Origin: Flaccisagitta enflata | Lineage: Eukaryota | DNA length: 64,000 nt | Assembly (NCBI GenBank): GCA_965153355.1 | Contig: OZ231126.1 | Location: forward strand, 10,540,001 to 10,604,000 | Direction: 5' to 3' | Shown: positions 19,092 through 29,968 of the stretch, piece by piece | Layout: each line of letters opens with the position of its first letter | How positions within the stretch are numbered: position 1 is the first letter of the stretch | Made by a program: the position numbers and the translations under genes | The notes under the pieces: model-generated | Database searches by the model: none | What the model was told of the DNA's origin: nothing | Seen by the model: only the letters and a program-made list of their open reading frames with translations

Positions 19092-20560
19092 AATTGAACG
19101 AAGTGGCAATGATGCACAGATCTCCTGGCCTTAACAGTCGCGTGAAGTCGGTGGGGGAAGTTCGCTTGGTCCTCTTCAGATGGTTTCTCACGTCGTGAAA
19201 ACGGACCAACTCACCTACCACTCTTGCTGCTTTCACCGTCGGCGTTGAGTCAACAGGTTGGTCACCAAGGTGGTGTAAGAAGTTGGTCGGTGCTTTAGCG
19301 AAATGTACATTTTTAGGCGAATAGGCGCCATTGCCTAAAATTGTAGAATTTGTGGAATTGTACACAAACGCACTTTCCGCGACCAAGCGTGTAAATGGCC
19401 AGCTAGGGTTGTCTGTCTGTAGGGAACTATATATCCTCATATAGGTGTTGATGGCGCGTTCGACTTTTGCTTGGGATCTAGAGGTGTAGGGTAAGCCGTG
19501 GCTTATTTCAACCCCCTGCTCTTCCAAAAATCTGTGTGATTTGCTTCCAGGCTTGGCGATGGCGTTGTCCATTTGGAGGCGGCGTGGAAAGCCGCAAAGT
19601 TTATCGCGGGTGTCAATCAAGGCTGCGAGGATTTCTTCGTCTGCACAAGAACTGATGCATTTGCTTATCAAGAAACGGCTGAACTCGTCGACATATAGGT
19701 AAACAAATTTGCTGTTTAAGCCGCCTGAAATTTGACATACATCGATTTCTGCGCTTTCATTAGGCTCAAGGGCCAATTTATCTCCTGTTTTTGTAGACAT
19801 GCCTCTTTTGTGTTTATTCAACTGGCAAGTGGGACACTGAACTAAAAGCTTGTCCAGTAATTTTCGTAGTGAAAATGAATAGTACAGCTTTATTAGTCAC
19901 ATAAATGTCCGTCTTTTGCCCGCGTGTCTGTTTGGTGATGAAATTCCTGAGTGCGTGTCCTTTATCAACGACTTCATTTTGTCCTCGCCTACTACTATTA
20001 GAGCTGTTAATGTGCCGTCAGCGCCATGCCAAAGCCTCATCAATATTCCATCCTCATTTATTTTGAAAAGCGAGCGGTTTCTTAGGAAAGATTGTACCGA
20101 TTTATCTTTTGCTAAGGCTTCCGTCTTTTCTATCTTTTTGTTGTTAATGAGGATGCTTTTGATTTCTTCAATTATGGGATCATTTTGAAGAGTCTGTACA
20201 TTATCTAGTTTTCTCCCTTTGAATCTTTCTAGCTGAAAATTAGCTACTAGATCGTAATCTAGCTCGGGATCGTCGGTCGGTTCGTCGTATCCTTGATTGA
20301 CTAGTTCATCGTTGAGAGTATAGGCTGCTATCATTTCCGCGGCTTTGCCATTTTTGAGTTTTTCCTCCGGTGCTACTATCTCTAAAACGCGGCCTAATTC
20401 CTTCGCCTCCGTGCGTGCTCTTTGCTTATCCTCCACTACTACCCTTGAAGGATCAATGGCGTGAGCCATTTCTTGGTTGCGTTTGCGAGTGAAGAATTCG
20501 TTGGCTTCTTGCGCGTATTTTTCGGAAAAAAGATTGCACCATGGGATGTTTAGCCGTTTG
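19092..20560 (-). pseudogene. pol: linker and integrase (HHCC zinc domain + DDE core), one in-frame stop, C-terminus truncated
   Basis: THSGISSPNRHAG...CPTCQ zinc motif with a TGA at 19897-19899. Core motifs EIDVCQ / VDEFSRF / LQMDN / SQAKVERA. ORFs 19897..20469 and 19048..19821 are in the same frame. Confidence 0.88.
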
Positions 20561-20618
20561 GGGTGTAAGTGATTTTACCAAAAAACGTTCGTATTTACAT
20601 ACAGGTTTTTTGTCTGTT

Positions 20619-21771
20619 CTAGTTCGCGTTAAAAAAAAAAATCGCTGATGTTGAGCCTTGTTTCGATGAACAATAGTTTAAAGTTATATTTTGTAGTCTC
20701 ATCACCCGACGTACGAGATCTTTCGGAATTAAGTCCAGCGAACTCCAGCGTCTCACTGTAGTACTGTCCGTGATGCTGAAGAAAGATCGCCCGCTCAGGT
20801 AATAATCGTATTTGCATGTGGTTTCTTCGAGGGCGCACAATTCGAGGATCCATACCGGGTATGATGACCAGGTATCCTCGATGCGCCTCAACCAGCATGC
20901 CACAATATGCAAATAACGTTTCGACGGATCTAATTTGGAGCTTGGTAGTGGATACAAGGCTTGTGTTATTATGCCGGAAATGCTAACGGAACTCGCGTCC
21001 GTCCATATTAGTGTGAGCGCGTCGGGATCGTTCGACATCGTGCGGATTGCGCCGACCGTGTCATAGAGAAGATAATCTTTAAGCGCTTCAAATTCCTTTT
21101 TGTCGCCTGGCTGCGGATTGAACCGCACCTTGGGGTGGCCAAGGCGTCGTAAGTGCGCCAACTTTTGAGACAAAAGGGGAGCCACGGGTATAAAGTAGCT
21201 GAAAAATGCTGCTTTACTCACGGCTTCTTTCTTGTCGCGCGGAAACTCCATTTCCTTTATTTTCTTCTTCTTTTCGTCGGACAAACTTTTCGCACCTTGG
21301 GATAGTTGGTATCCTAAAACGCGTATGTCCAGACGACATAAATCCACCTTCTTTGGGCTCAAAAGTAGAGTGTACTTAGAGCAGATGGCAAGGGCTTTCG
21401 CCAAATCTTCCCTTACGTGGGTCTTTTGGTCTTTCGAGGCCACCGTTATGTCGTCGACGAAGCAAAACATTCTGGGATGTTGTCTGCTTATCCGTTCCAT
21501 ATAATATTGGACCCAGCTGGAACTGGAATGGAAACCCATCGGCAAACGCTTGAGCATAAATATGCGAGAGAGAGATGGACATTGGAACGCCAAGTAACGC
21601 CGTGCGCTGTTACTATCAACTAAGAATTGATAATACATCGCAACGGCGTCAAGGTTAGTAAATACACAGTAATTTTCCGACGAAACCGAACGAAAAAATT
21701 CATCAGCGATAGGGACCGGATATTGAACGTGACAAGTGCGCTGGTTCAAAAATCTGCAATCGATTACGAAC
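20619..21771 (-). CDS. pol exon 2: reverse transcriptase and RNase H (frameshifted at its 3' end)
   Basis: RT motifs FVIDCRFLN, LDAVAMYYQF, LPMG, CFVDDI, VLGY. RNase H motifs WTDASS, ELCAL, ITDS. The frame shifts at A/T homopolymers near 20630-20692, with the continuation KYNFKLLFIETRLNISDF in ORF 20629..20898. Confidence 0.9.
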
Positions 21772-21884
21772 CTAAAAAGAGAAATAGTCATGGTTTGGCT
21801 TAGTCTAGGGTTAGAAAAGATTATGTTTCTTAAGTTTTTGACCCTAAAAATATCTAAAAATAACCTAATAAGTCATGTCTTAAC
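21772..21884 (-). other. Putative 113-nt spliceosomal intron within the RT domain
   Basis: CAG|GTTAAG donor, AT-rich interior, CTAAC branch-like motif, TTTCTCTTTTTAG|G acceptor. Removal joins KEKSR to FVIDCRFLN in frame. Confidence 0.75.
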
Positions 21885-24139
21885 CTGGATTTCTCCTTCA
21901 TTCGCTTTTCGCTCGCGATCCATCGATGCTCGACGACAATCCCGACAGGTGATATAAATGCGTCGGATGTGTCGTGGAGCTCTTCGATGATTCCCCTTTC
22001 AAGCATGACTTTCAAGTGTTCTTTTAGATGGCGCAATTTTGTCGCGTTCATTCTTCTCGGGGGTATTCTTGGGAATGGTGCTGAATTTTTCTGTAAATTA
22101 ATTTTTATTGGCGCCATCTCCACTCCCCTGTGGAACATGTCAGGTCGAGATTCGTTCATCATGACATGACGAAAAGACCAAAGAAGATCGCTTACTTCGT
22201 TCTTTAATTCGCCATCGACTGCCGACATGTCGAACATTTTTAAGTATTCCGCTCGATCAGGCCAAAAATCGCATCTGTCGCTGCGTTTTCTCTCTTTGTC
22301 GACGTCTACGGGTGTATCGTCAATACCTATATCGGGTTCCGGTGTCGAAAAATCTAAGTCGATAGCTATGCCGTCCTTTAAGCATTTTTGGAATTTTTCG
22401 TTGTCGACTTTATTGATATCGACTAATTCTGAAAAATTTACCGGTTTTCCGTCCGAATTTGGTCCATTTTGGTTGTTCGTGGGCAATTCCAATTTATGCG
22501 TATTTTGAAAATTGTTACTGCCCTTTGAAAGTTGTATTGGTATGTTTGTTTGCTTTTTCTGTTTCGGAATATGGCTTAAAATCGTGTTTTGGTCCGTCGG
22601 TTCAGGAGTTATGGCCGATTTTTGAATTTTGCCTAATTTGCATAATTCGGGGGTACCACTTTTTTGATCCAAATTAAGTTTTGATGGTTGGATATTGTCC
22701 GTTGTGTCTTCCCGAGTCATATTAGGTGCTTGTTTTTGTTCTCCCCTCCTCGGATCCAAAGATATTGGCTTTTGAAGATTTTTACTATCAATTTTCGGTT
22801 GCCCGGATTTGGTGCGATTCACCCCAGGGTGCGAATTTTCTGCTCCTTCCGCGAGCGTCGAAATTTCGGAGCAAGTAAGATTTTTCATTGATTTTATGGT
22901 TTCTTTCAGTTGGTCGCCGTCATAGGCCATTACAGTGAACCTATTTGCTTTATCCGCGCACCGTTTTATTTCGCCCACGGGTGTACCTTTTCCAAAGCAG
23001 ACCTCGAAGCAGACTTCGTTACTGGATTTGTTTTCTATCGTCACTAGAAAATGTCCGTTTGATTCGTACATTATCATACTTGGTATGTATAATTCGTTCG
23101 TCTCTTGTTCGTCGTCAAACATGGAAAGGAACACGTATTTCTCTTTTCTGTTCAAATCATAGTCCGTCACTACTTCTATGTCTGCAACGCTATATGGTTT
23201 GACGCTCTGTTTGACTTTTGATCGCACCCAGTTTGGGCGTCTATCGTTAATTTTCCTTTCTTTGCGGCATTTCCCTTCATACATTCTAGAATGTAACTCT
23301 TTAATAGCTTCTTCCGGTGAACAAGCTGTCTTTAAGGGGTATTTGTCTATCCACAAAATCTCCGTTTTTGTGTTTAAGGAAACATTCAATCTAGAATTGC
23401 GGAAAATGTCAATACCGATTATTGTATATTCCGTCTTACATATGAAAAACTTCATGATAGCTACTACTGATCCGAAATGTAATCGCAAGGTACTAGTCTC
23501 AGTAATAGTCTGCGTTGATCCGTTGTCGAAGCTACGGATTTTCATAGGTGTGGATAGTTTCTCTATCTTCCCTAATCTGCTCGTCACGTGATCCGTTATG
23601 CTAATGTCCGCGGCTGAATCGGCGAAGCACACCACCTCGTCATTACCTATCTTTCCTGCCAAATAATATTTCCCTCGCTTCTTTCTAAATGCGGAGATTG
23701 TTTTAGTCACTTTTGGATTGTATGATGTCAAAAGTTTGATTCTATTTGGAGAATTTTTATTTGAGTATTTTGGCAGGACTTGCGAATCAATTATTGAATT
23801 GTCACATTGAATTGGAGCATTTGAATAGGTTTGGTTATCATCACAGGCGGTAGCATAACAATTCGATTGGTGTTCAGGACATGTAAAAGTGTCATTAATC
23901 ACAGATGAGCGGTTACATTGAGCAAATTGATCACAATTGGTTTCATGAGATACAACAGTAGAATTGAGATTCGAAACAATGGGTGTACAAGCGTTTTGTT
24001 TGGGGCTGCCATTAGAATTTTGCTTATTTTTAGGGATAGGTAAAATATGAGATTCAATCACACAATTTATAGATTTTGATTCAATTTTCAGATCTTTCAA
24101 TTGTCTTTCGATATTTTCAGCCCCGTTTGAGTTGTCTAG
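21885..24139 (-). CDS. pol exon 1: aspartic protease, spacer and RT N-terminus
   Basis: CFADSAADIS (variant of D[ST]GA) and IIGIDIF protease motifs. MLERGIIEE..SPVGIVV RT-start motifs. In frame with gag across a single TGA. Confidence 0.82.
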
Positions 24140-25531
24140 TCATTTAGATTTTCCAGCTTCTCTCAAGATTTTCATTCTCTCGGCTTTGTCCTTGGGCATT
24201 TTGCGACATAATGGCGCAAAATGCCTAGAATCGTTACGGGTAAATACTTTTTTACAGAAGACACAAGTATCAGGACAAAACTTAAAAAAATCTTCGTATA
24301 AATGAGAAGTCCGGAGGCAGCCCAGGCATCCGCGTAGTCCTGCCGCGTTGGCAGCCTTTGCTGCCTCGTTGAGAGATGTGCTGTGGTTGAACGAGGCTAT
24401 TCCTTTGCCTCTAGCGCCTGGCCTGGATGGCCCTGCCGTCCCTCGGCCCCTGGTAGCGCCCCCGCGGCCCCCGATACGGCCCCTTGACGTAGTGGGGTTG
24501 CCGGGGTTGCCTCGGCGGGCTGCGGCCCCTGCCTGTACCCCTCTGCCTCTTGATGTTGACGGGTGTTTGGCTCCTCTCCCTCTGCCGGCGGAGGAATTCC
24601 TGTTTAAAGTCGCGATCGATTGGCGGTTGAATCCTCTTCCTCTTCCGGTCTTTTTTGTGGATTGGCGTTGCGATTGGTTTGCGAAACTCCGCTCTCCTTC
24701 CATCGCTATATTTTGCACCGTACGACTGGCATAGTTCCTGACGGAAAGAAGGGAACGGTCAGGTCCGTAGTCGTGCATCCGTACATATTTACGCAACACG
24801 GGGGAGAGTATTCCGTCAATAAAAGCTTCTACTGAGTCGTCAATCGGTCGGCCCGTCTCTTCGTGGACATCTATATGCGCCTCATAATAGGCCTCGATAG
24901 TCTGCCCCGGGAGCTGTTTGTGGGTTCTGGCCATCATTAATGCGTGGCTTTTCACATTGGGCCACTGGCGGACAATGAATTCGTTAATAAACGCTCAGAA
25001 ACTTGTGAAGGTCTCTTGAATAGTTGTCATTTCTTTTAAGACATGGTAAAATTTCTGAGTTTTGCTCATAAAGACCGCCACAATGGTATACATTGTGACG
25101 TCCATAGTGATGCTAGCCTTCACAGTTTCGATAAAATTTCTCACTGTCCGCTTAAAGTAAAAAATCTCGTCTTGGCCTGATGGAACATAATCAAATTTGT
25201 ATTTGGAGGCGATTTTCTCCACAAATTTGTAATGTTCCATGTTGGCCGTTCCCCCAAAAACAGATCCCCCTTTACGGTGTTGGATTATGTATCCGTCAGG
25301 GTCCATTTCGTCAATGCTCGGGTACATGGGGACCCTCTCGGTTCCGAGCTCGTGTCTTACCGGGTCAAGTTCGCTGTCCGGCATGCCGAGGACGGCTGCG
25401 TCCGCCCGATAGAGTACGGAGATGCCCGCTGAATCGTCGCGGTCGTCGCGTAAATCCCGTACACTTTCGACCTCGGCGTCGTCGTCGGCTTTCCATGTCG
25501 TTAGTGTCGCTTGGTTCCAACCCTTTATCTT
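24140..25531 (-). pseudogene. Gag core: capsid-like region, RGG-rich tract and two Cys/His knuckle-like motifs; one in-frame TGA at 24995-24997
   Basis: KQLPGQTIEAYY...FIDGI...LRKYV capsid-type motif. CLGC-x4-H-x7-C and CVFC-x10-H-x4-C. ORFs 24995..25384 and 24140..24955 are in the same frame. Confidence 0.78.
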
Positions 25532-28500
25532 TTAGTCGATCGGGATGGCTTTCACTTTTGAACCGAGTCGCTCTCTGACGGGCAATTTTTGTTGATGCTG
25601 TTGCGGAAGTGGTGATCGCTGACGAGGCTTTGGGCTCGCCTCTCTCTTCTTCCTTTCACGCCTTTTGGGTGGGCGATCGCTGTCGTCGTCACTGTCGTCG
25701 CTGCTGTCGGACTGCTTGGCTGACGTCATTTCCTCGTCTTTGCAACTATTTTTGACCTTCGCCTTTTTATCCTTCCCCTTAGGTGAAGAATGGCTTGGGC
25801 TGCGACTCTTTGGGCGTGTTGAAGATGGTGAATTTGACGGGCGTTGATCGCGCTGACTCTCGACGGTTCGGCGTCGTTCACTGTCGCTTCTGTCGAGAGA
25901 ACTGCGTTTGCGGCCGTCGTTACTCCCGGCGCGTCTTTCCATTGACTGGTTTCCGCCCTTTTTGCCGGTCTCCGATCCGCTTCGCCTCCCGCCACTTCCG
26001 GTCGTCTCGTCATGCGGCCTAGCAGGAGGTGAGTCCGTTATTTTTCCCCACTTCTCCTCCTGTTGGCGTTGGGTGAGCCTTTCGGTGAAGTTTGTGACGA
26101 TTCTTTTGTCTCTGACGTTGGAACTGCTCGTGATGGAGTCGCTTCTGGTCCCGCTCGCCGACGCTGCACTTCTTTCCGAGGAGCTACTTCCTTTTCTTGG
26201 AGGTTTTACGCTTTTCTGCCTATCTTCGTATCTCGCTTTTCTCATCTTTGCCGTTTTTCTTTGTTCATCCTCCTTGGCCCATTCCTCCCTACGGCGTCTC
26301 CGCTCCTCCTCTTCCTTTCTATCCTCCTCGTCCCTTTTCTTCTGTTTTTCTTTTCGCTTTGCTTCGGCCTCTTGTTCTTCCCTTTTTCTTTGGTCCTCCC
26401 TGAACCATCTTTCGTCGGAGGATGATTCACTGTAAGAGGTGAGTGAGCTCGCTGGGCTGGGATGCCTTGTCTTTGAAGAAGTAGCTGGCGGATTTATTTT
26501 GGCGCCGTCTGGAGATTCCCCTCTTTTCTTGTCTTTGCCTCTTTCCGGTGAATTGAGGGTGTGGCTCTCTAATTTTCTCTGCAAGCCGTCGCATCTTTCG
26601 TTCCATGCTTCTTTCTCGCGAGCGGCGTTGATCGCCTTTTGTTCATCTGTCATCTCCTCGTCCTCTTCTCCGCTGTCCTGAGTGAAAGCGCGGATATGAA
26701 GGACGTCGCCGCTTGTTTTATTTTTCATCTCCTCCTCCCCAATTGTGCAGTCCACCACTTCCGTGGTGTCGGCCTCTGTTGCTGATGAGAGGATTTTAGC
26801 TGATGTGGCCGGTTGCTTGTCGACTTGTTTCGCGCTGCCCGCGTCGGAATCGCGCGTGGTATCCGCTGCGGTTGCTTCTTTGTCTTCAAATTGCTTTGTC
26901 TTCTTGTCGACGCCACCCTTGACCCCTCTCACTTCCGACTTTTCTCCATCTTTGATGAGGCTTTTTCCGGAAGCTGAGCGTTCCATATGGGGCTCGTCGG
27001 GTTCCATTCCTATGGTGTTCCTCATGTAGGATACCAAATCGCTGACTTCGTCTCTATCCATGATTTTCTTGGAGTGGATTTGCTCCAGCATACTTGCAAA
27101 ATTTTGGATGCAAACCCTCATGCTGTTGATTATATGGATTTGATCATCGTAGGTGCCTTTGGCTTCCCCGAGTTTCTTCTCGAGTCTTTCGCGCTTTTGT
27201 TTCTCCTCGTTGAGGAGTTTTCCTTGACCAGCCATTGCTTCTTGCAGCTGCTTCGCTTCCTCTTTTGCTTTTTTGGCGTTCTTTTTGTCGCGATCCATCC
27301 ATACAGCGGCCTTTTCCCTCTGCTTTTCGAGTGCGGATTTTAAAGCTACTTGTCTTTCCTGCCGCTCCTTCTCGTTTTGGGGTTTGCCCATTACTTCCAA
27401 GAGCTTCCCCGTGATCCTTTGGTACTCCAGGTAATGCGCCTGGAATTCTTTCAAGAGGGTTCTGTATGGAGCAGAATTCTTAACAAATTCTGCCTGTACG
27501 TCGATGTGTTGTTTATGCAGATCTCTCATCTTCACCGCACCTGTTAGCTGATTTCTCAACCTGGATAACTCGTTTCTGTCCACTTCTGACTCCTGCTGCT
27601 TCAGTTCCAACTCCTTCCTTTTCTCTTCCATCTTGTCGACGTGCTCCTTCACTTCCTCTTCCAATTGAATTTTTAGGTTCAGGTAAGCCTTGTTAACGGA
27701 TTCGAAATTGGCGGATTGAGTTCGATTCCTCTCTTTCAGTTTTTGGAACTCTACGTCTTGGAGTCTGAATGCCTCGAGTTCGTTCTCTTTTTCCTCTAGG
27801 CTGTGGTTCAGCTTCTGAATTTCCGCCTTTTGTGCGTCTCTTTCCTTTACGGTGGTGACGAATTCTTTCGAGGTTTCTTCCTCTCTCCTCGGTTTTAATT
27901 CCAGATCGCGGGTCGTTCTATATTCCTCCAGCAAATCTCGTCGGAGTTCATCCATCTGGGTTTGCATCTGTACCATTTTTGCTTTGAGTGTATCATTTTC
28001 GGATGCAATTTTGGATGCCGCGGCGTCTGCATCCCTCATGGATTTATCCATTTCAGCATGGATTCTTTCGATTTCTTTTTGATGCTCTTCCTTGTCATGC
28101 AAGTGATTCTGCTGGGACTCGATGAGGGCCAATTCCAGCTCCTTCCTCGTTGGTGGCGCGTTGCCGCTGCTTAACACAATGATGTCTTCGCTGTTGCTGT
28201 TGAGTTCTGCTGCGGCGGCGTCGTTGTTGGGGGTGTTGTCGTTGACCTCCTCATTATGGCCCGTCGTAGCGTTATCCGGCTGCTCATGGTCGCCGGCTGT
28301 GTCCACACTGGATTCTGATGAGGATGAGTGTGCTCTGCATGAAGGGTTGTCCATGGCGAGGTCGATTACGTCCAACATTCTCGCCAAACAGTTGATGGAG
28401 AACATGTAGAATGTTTTTACCTCCTCCAAATTCCATGCTTTCGCCCTACTTGCCTCATTCATGCCGAGTTGTTCGCAGATGGTTTTGTGAGAGGCCGTTC

Positions 28501-29968
28501 TTACTCTACATCCCCCGCAAAGCGTAGCGAAGACAATGTTGTAGTGTATCGCAGCGCCTTTCGCCAAACGCGTTCTCGTCGTGATGAGTGCCCTCAAGGT
28601 GATTTTTATCGGGATAGTTTGATCCTTCAGCCAGTCGTCCTGAGTAGAGCGAAGGACTGACTCAGTCATTCCGTCCTCGGTGATGTAGTTGTGTGAATCT
28701 GGATTGCTGTCATCCTCGCGTCGTAGATCAGCCCAGACTGTCGATTTCCCGGCTAACGCGTAAAATGCCGGTGAAGAAACGGTTAAGTTGCTATCCATCG
28801 TGAGGGCTTTGGAAACTAGGGTCTGTCTGCCTTCGAGTAGGATCGGTTGAGTGGTGACTTGAACCATCGTCACCCACGACAACTTCCCTCTCCAGTAATC
28901 GAAGGAAGTGTTGTATCGAGTGATGACGCTCTCCGCATCCTCGTTGTTGTCATTCTCTTTGGGTGATTGACCGCCTTCATTTGTCGCGCTGGCGGTTTCG
29001 TCGATGACCAGTTTATTCTCGCCGTCTTCGTCGGTGGTAGATGATGATGGTGTTGAAGCGGCCGCTGCTGCTGCTGCTGCTGTTGCTGCTGCTGCCTCCG
29101 CCGCTTCTTCCTCCTTTTTCTTCTTGCTGGCTTCCTCTACCTCCTTTTGCATCCTACTTTGCTCCTCTGCCTCTTTTGCTTTTCTCTCCTGTGCCGCTTT
29201 GGAGGCTTCCTGCTCCCTTTCCTTTCTCCTTTCCTCCGCCGCTTTTTCCGCCTGATCATGATTCTTATGATGCATCTCGATTCGACTCTCTGCTTCCTCC
29301 GCTTCTTTTTCCCCTCTCAGACGCTTTGGATTTTCCTCGTCGCGGATGGTGGCGGTGCCTGTCGCGGTTTCCGTCGCCTCTGCGCCGTGAGCTTCGTCGT
29401 TCGACGCCTGAGAGTCGACGTAGAAGTTGCAAGGTGGAGGTGTGTTAAGGCACATATCGTGAGGAGGTAGGTTGGATTGCTGTGTGGCGTCAGTTAACTG
29501 CCTCCACGTCTGATCTTTGTCCAATTCATCCCATGCTTTCATGATGTTTCCCTGCTCGTCATCGTCAGGATCGTCTGCAGTTATCGGCGAGACGCTTGCC
29601 AAGAGGAGTAGATCTTGCTCTTTGTCGCGGACGCGAAAACCACTTATCATCGGGTCGTTATCGCTGTCCGCTATTTGGATGGTCAAAACGTCGGCCCTTT
29701 GATTTTTGGGATGATCGTTGGAGTCGGCGGAACAACCCGCCGCGTCGGCGGAAGATGCTGTGGAGCATGATGGACCGCCCGTGGAGTCGGCGGAATGCCT
29801 CGTCGAGTCGGCGGTAACCGTTATAACCTCGATGTCGGCGGCCGAATTGGAGGCATTTTTCGTCGATTTTTGCCGGGTTCTTGACGCCGATGGTTTTGAC
29901 GCCGTTTCTTGCCTCGGCGCCGCCCCTTGCGGACTGGGGTGCCGATTAGCTTTTTTATTTCGGACCAT
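25532..29968 (-). CDS. Large coiled-coil/low-complexity ORF, in frame with gag (probable N-terminal Gag extension)
   Basis: Open for ~1480 codons from the first true ATG (29968, MVRNKK). It has an E/K/Q-rich heptad region and an S/R-rich tail. After the TAA at 25532-25534 the frame stays open for 49 codons into the gag ORF. Confidence 0.8.
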   Translation of the reverse strand: MVRNKKANRHPSPQGAAPRQETASKPSASRTRQKSTKNASNSAADIEVITVTADSTRHSADSTGGPSCSTASSADAAGCSADSNDHPKNQRADVLTIQIADSDNDPMISGFRVRDKEQDLLLLASVSPITADDPDDDEQGNIMKAWDELDKDQTWRQLTDATQQSNLPPHDMCLNTPPPCNFYVDSQASNDEAHGAEATETATGTATIRDEENPKRLRGEKEAEEAESRIEMHHKNHDQAEKAAEERRKEREQEASKAAQERKAKEAEEQSRMQKEVEEASKKKKEEEAAEAAAATAAAAAAAASTPSSSTTDEDGENKLVIDETASATNEGGQSPKENDNNEDAESVITRYNTSFDYWRGKLSWVTMVQVTTQPILLEGRQTLVSKALTMDSNLTVSSPAFYALAGKSTVWADLRREDDSNPDSHNYITEDGMTESVLRSTQDDWLKDQTIPIKITLRALITTRTRLAKGAAIHYNIVFATLCGGCRVRTASHKTICEQLGMNEASRAKAWNLEEVKTFYMFSINCLARMLDVIDLAMDNPSCRAHSSSSESSVDTAGDHEQPDNATTGHNEEVNDNTPNNDAAAAELNSNSEDIIVLSSGNAPPTRKELELALIESQQNHLHDKEEHQKEIERIHAEMDKSMRDADAAASKIASENDTLKAKMVQMQTQMDELRRDLLEEYRTTRDLELKPRREEETSKEFVTTVKERDAQKAEIQKLNHSLEEKENELEAFRLQDVEFQKLKERNRTQSANFESVNKAYLNLKIQLEEEVKEHVDKMEEKRKELELKQQESEVDRNELSRLRNQLTGAVKMRDLHKQHIDVQAEFVKNSAPYRTLLKEFQAHYLEYQRITGKLLEVMGKPQNEKERQERQVALKSALEKQREKAAVWMDRDKKNAKKAKEEAKQLQEAMAGQGKLLNEEKQKRERLEKKLGEAKGTYDDQIHIINSMRVCIQNFASMLEQIHSKKIMDRDEVSDLVSYMRNTIGMEPDEPHMERSASGKSLIKDGEKSEVRGVKGGVDKKTKQFEDKEATAADTTRDSDAGSAKQVDKQPATSAKILSSATEADTTEVVDCTIGEEEMKNKTSGDVLHIRAFTQDSGEEDEEMTDEQKAINAAREKEAWNERCDGLQRKLESHTLNSPERGKDKKRGESPDGAKINPPATSSKTRHPSPASSLTSYSESSSDERWFREDQRKREEQEAEAKRKEKQKKRDEEDRKEEEERRRRREEWAKEDEQRKTAKMRKARYEDRQKSVKPPRKGSSSSERSAASASGTRSDSITSSSNVRDKRIVTNFTERLTQRQQEEKWGKITDSPPARPHDETTGSGGRRSGSETGKKGGNQSMERRAGSNDGRKRSSLDRSDSERRRTVESQRDQRPSNSPSSTRPKSRSPSHSSPKGKDKKAKVKNSCKDEEMTSAKQSDSSDDSDDDSDRPPKRRERKKREASPKPRQRSPLPQQHQQKLPVRERLGSKVKAIPID

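Noticed and set aside
19890-19905. TGA-CTA stop inside the integrase zinc domain as a second readthrough site
   Set aside because: It lies within a domain rather than at a boundary and is followed by CTAA; more simply a point mutation unless shown conserved in other copies.
24995-25534. Alternative genetic code explaining the in-frame stops
   Set aside because: Different stop types (TAA, TGA, TAG) occur rarely, and long ORFs are otherwise open under the standard code.
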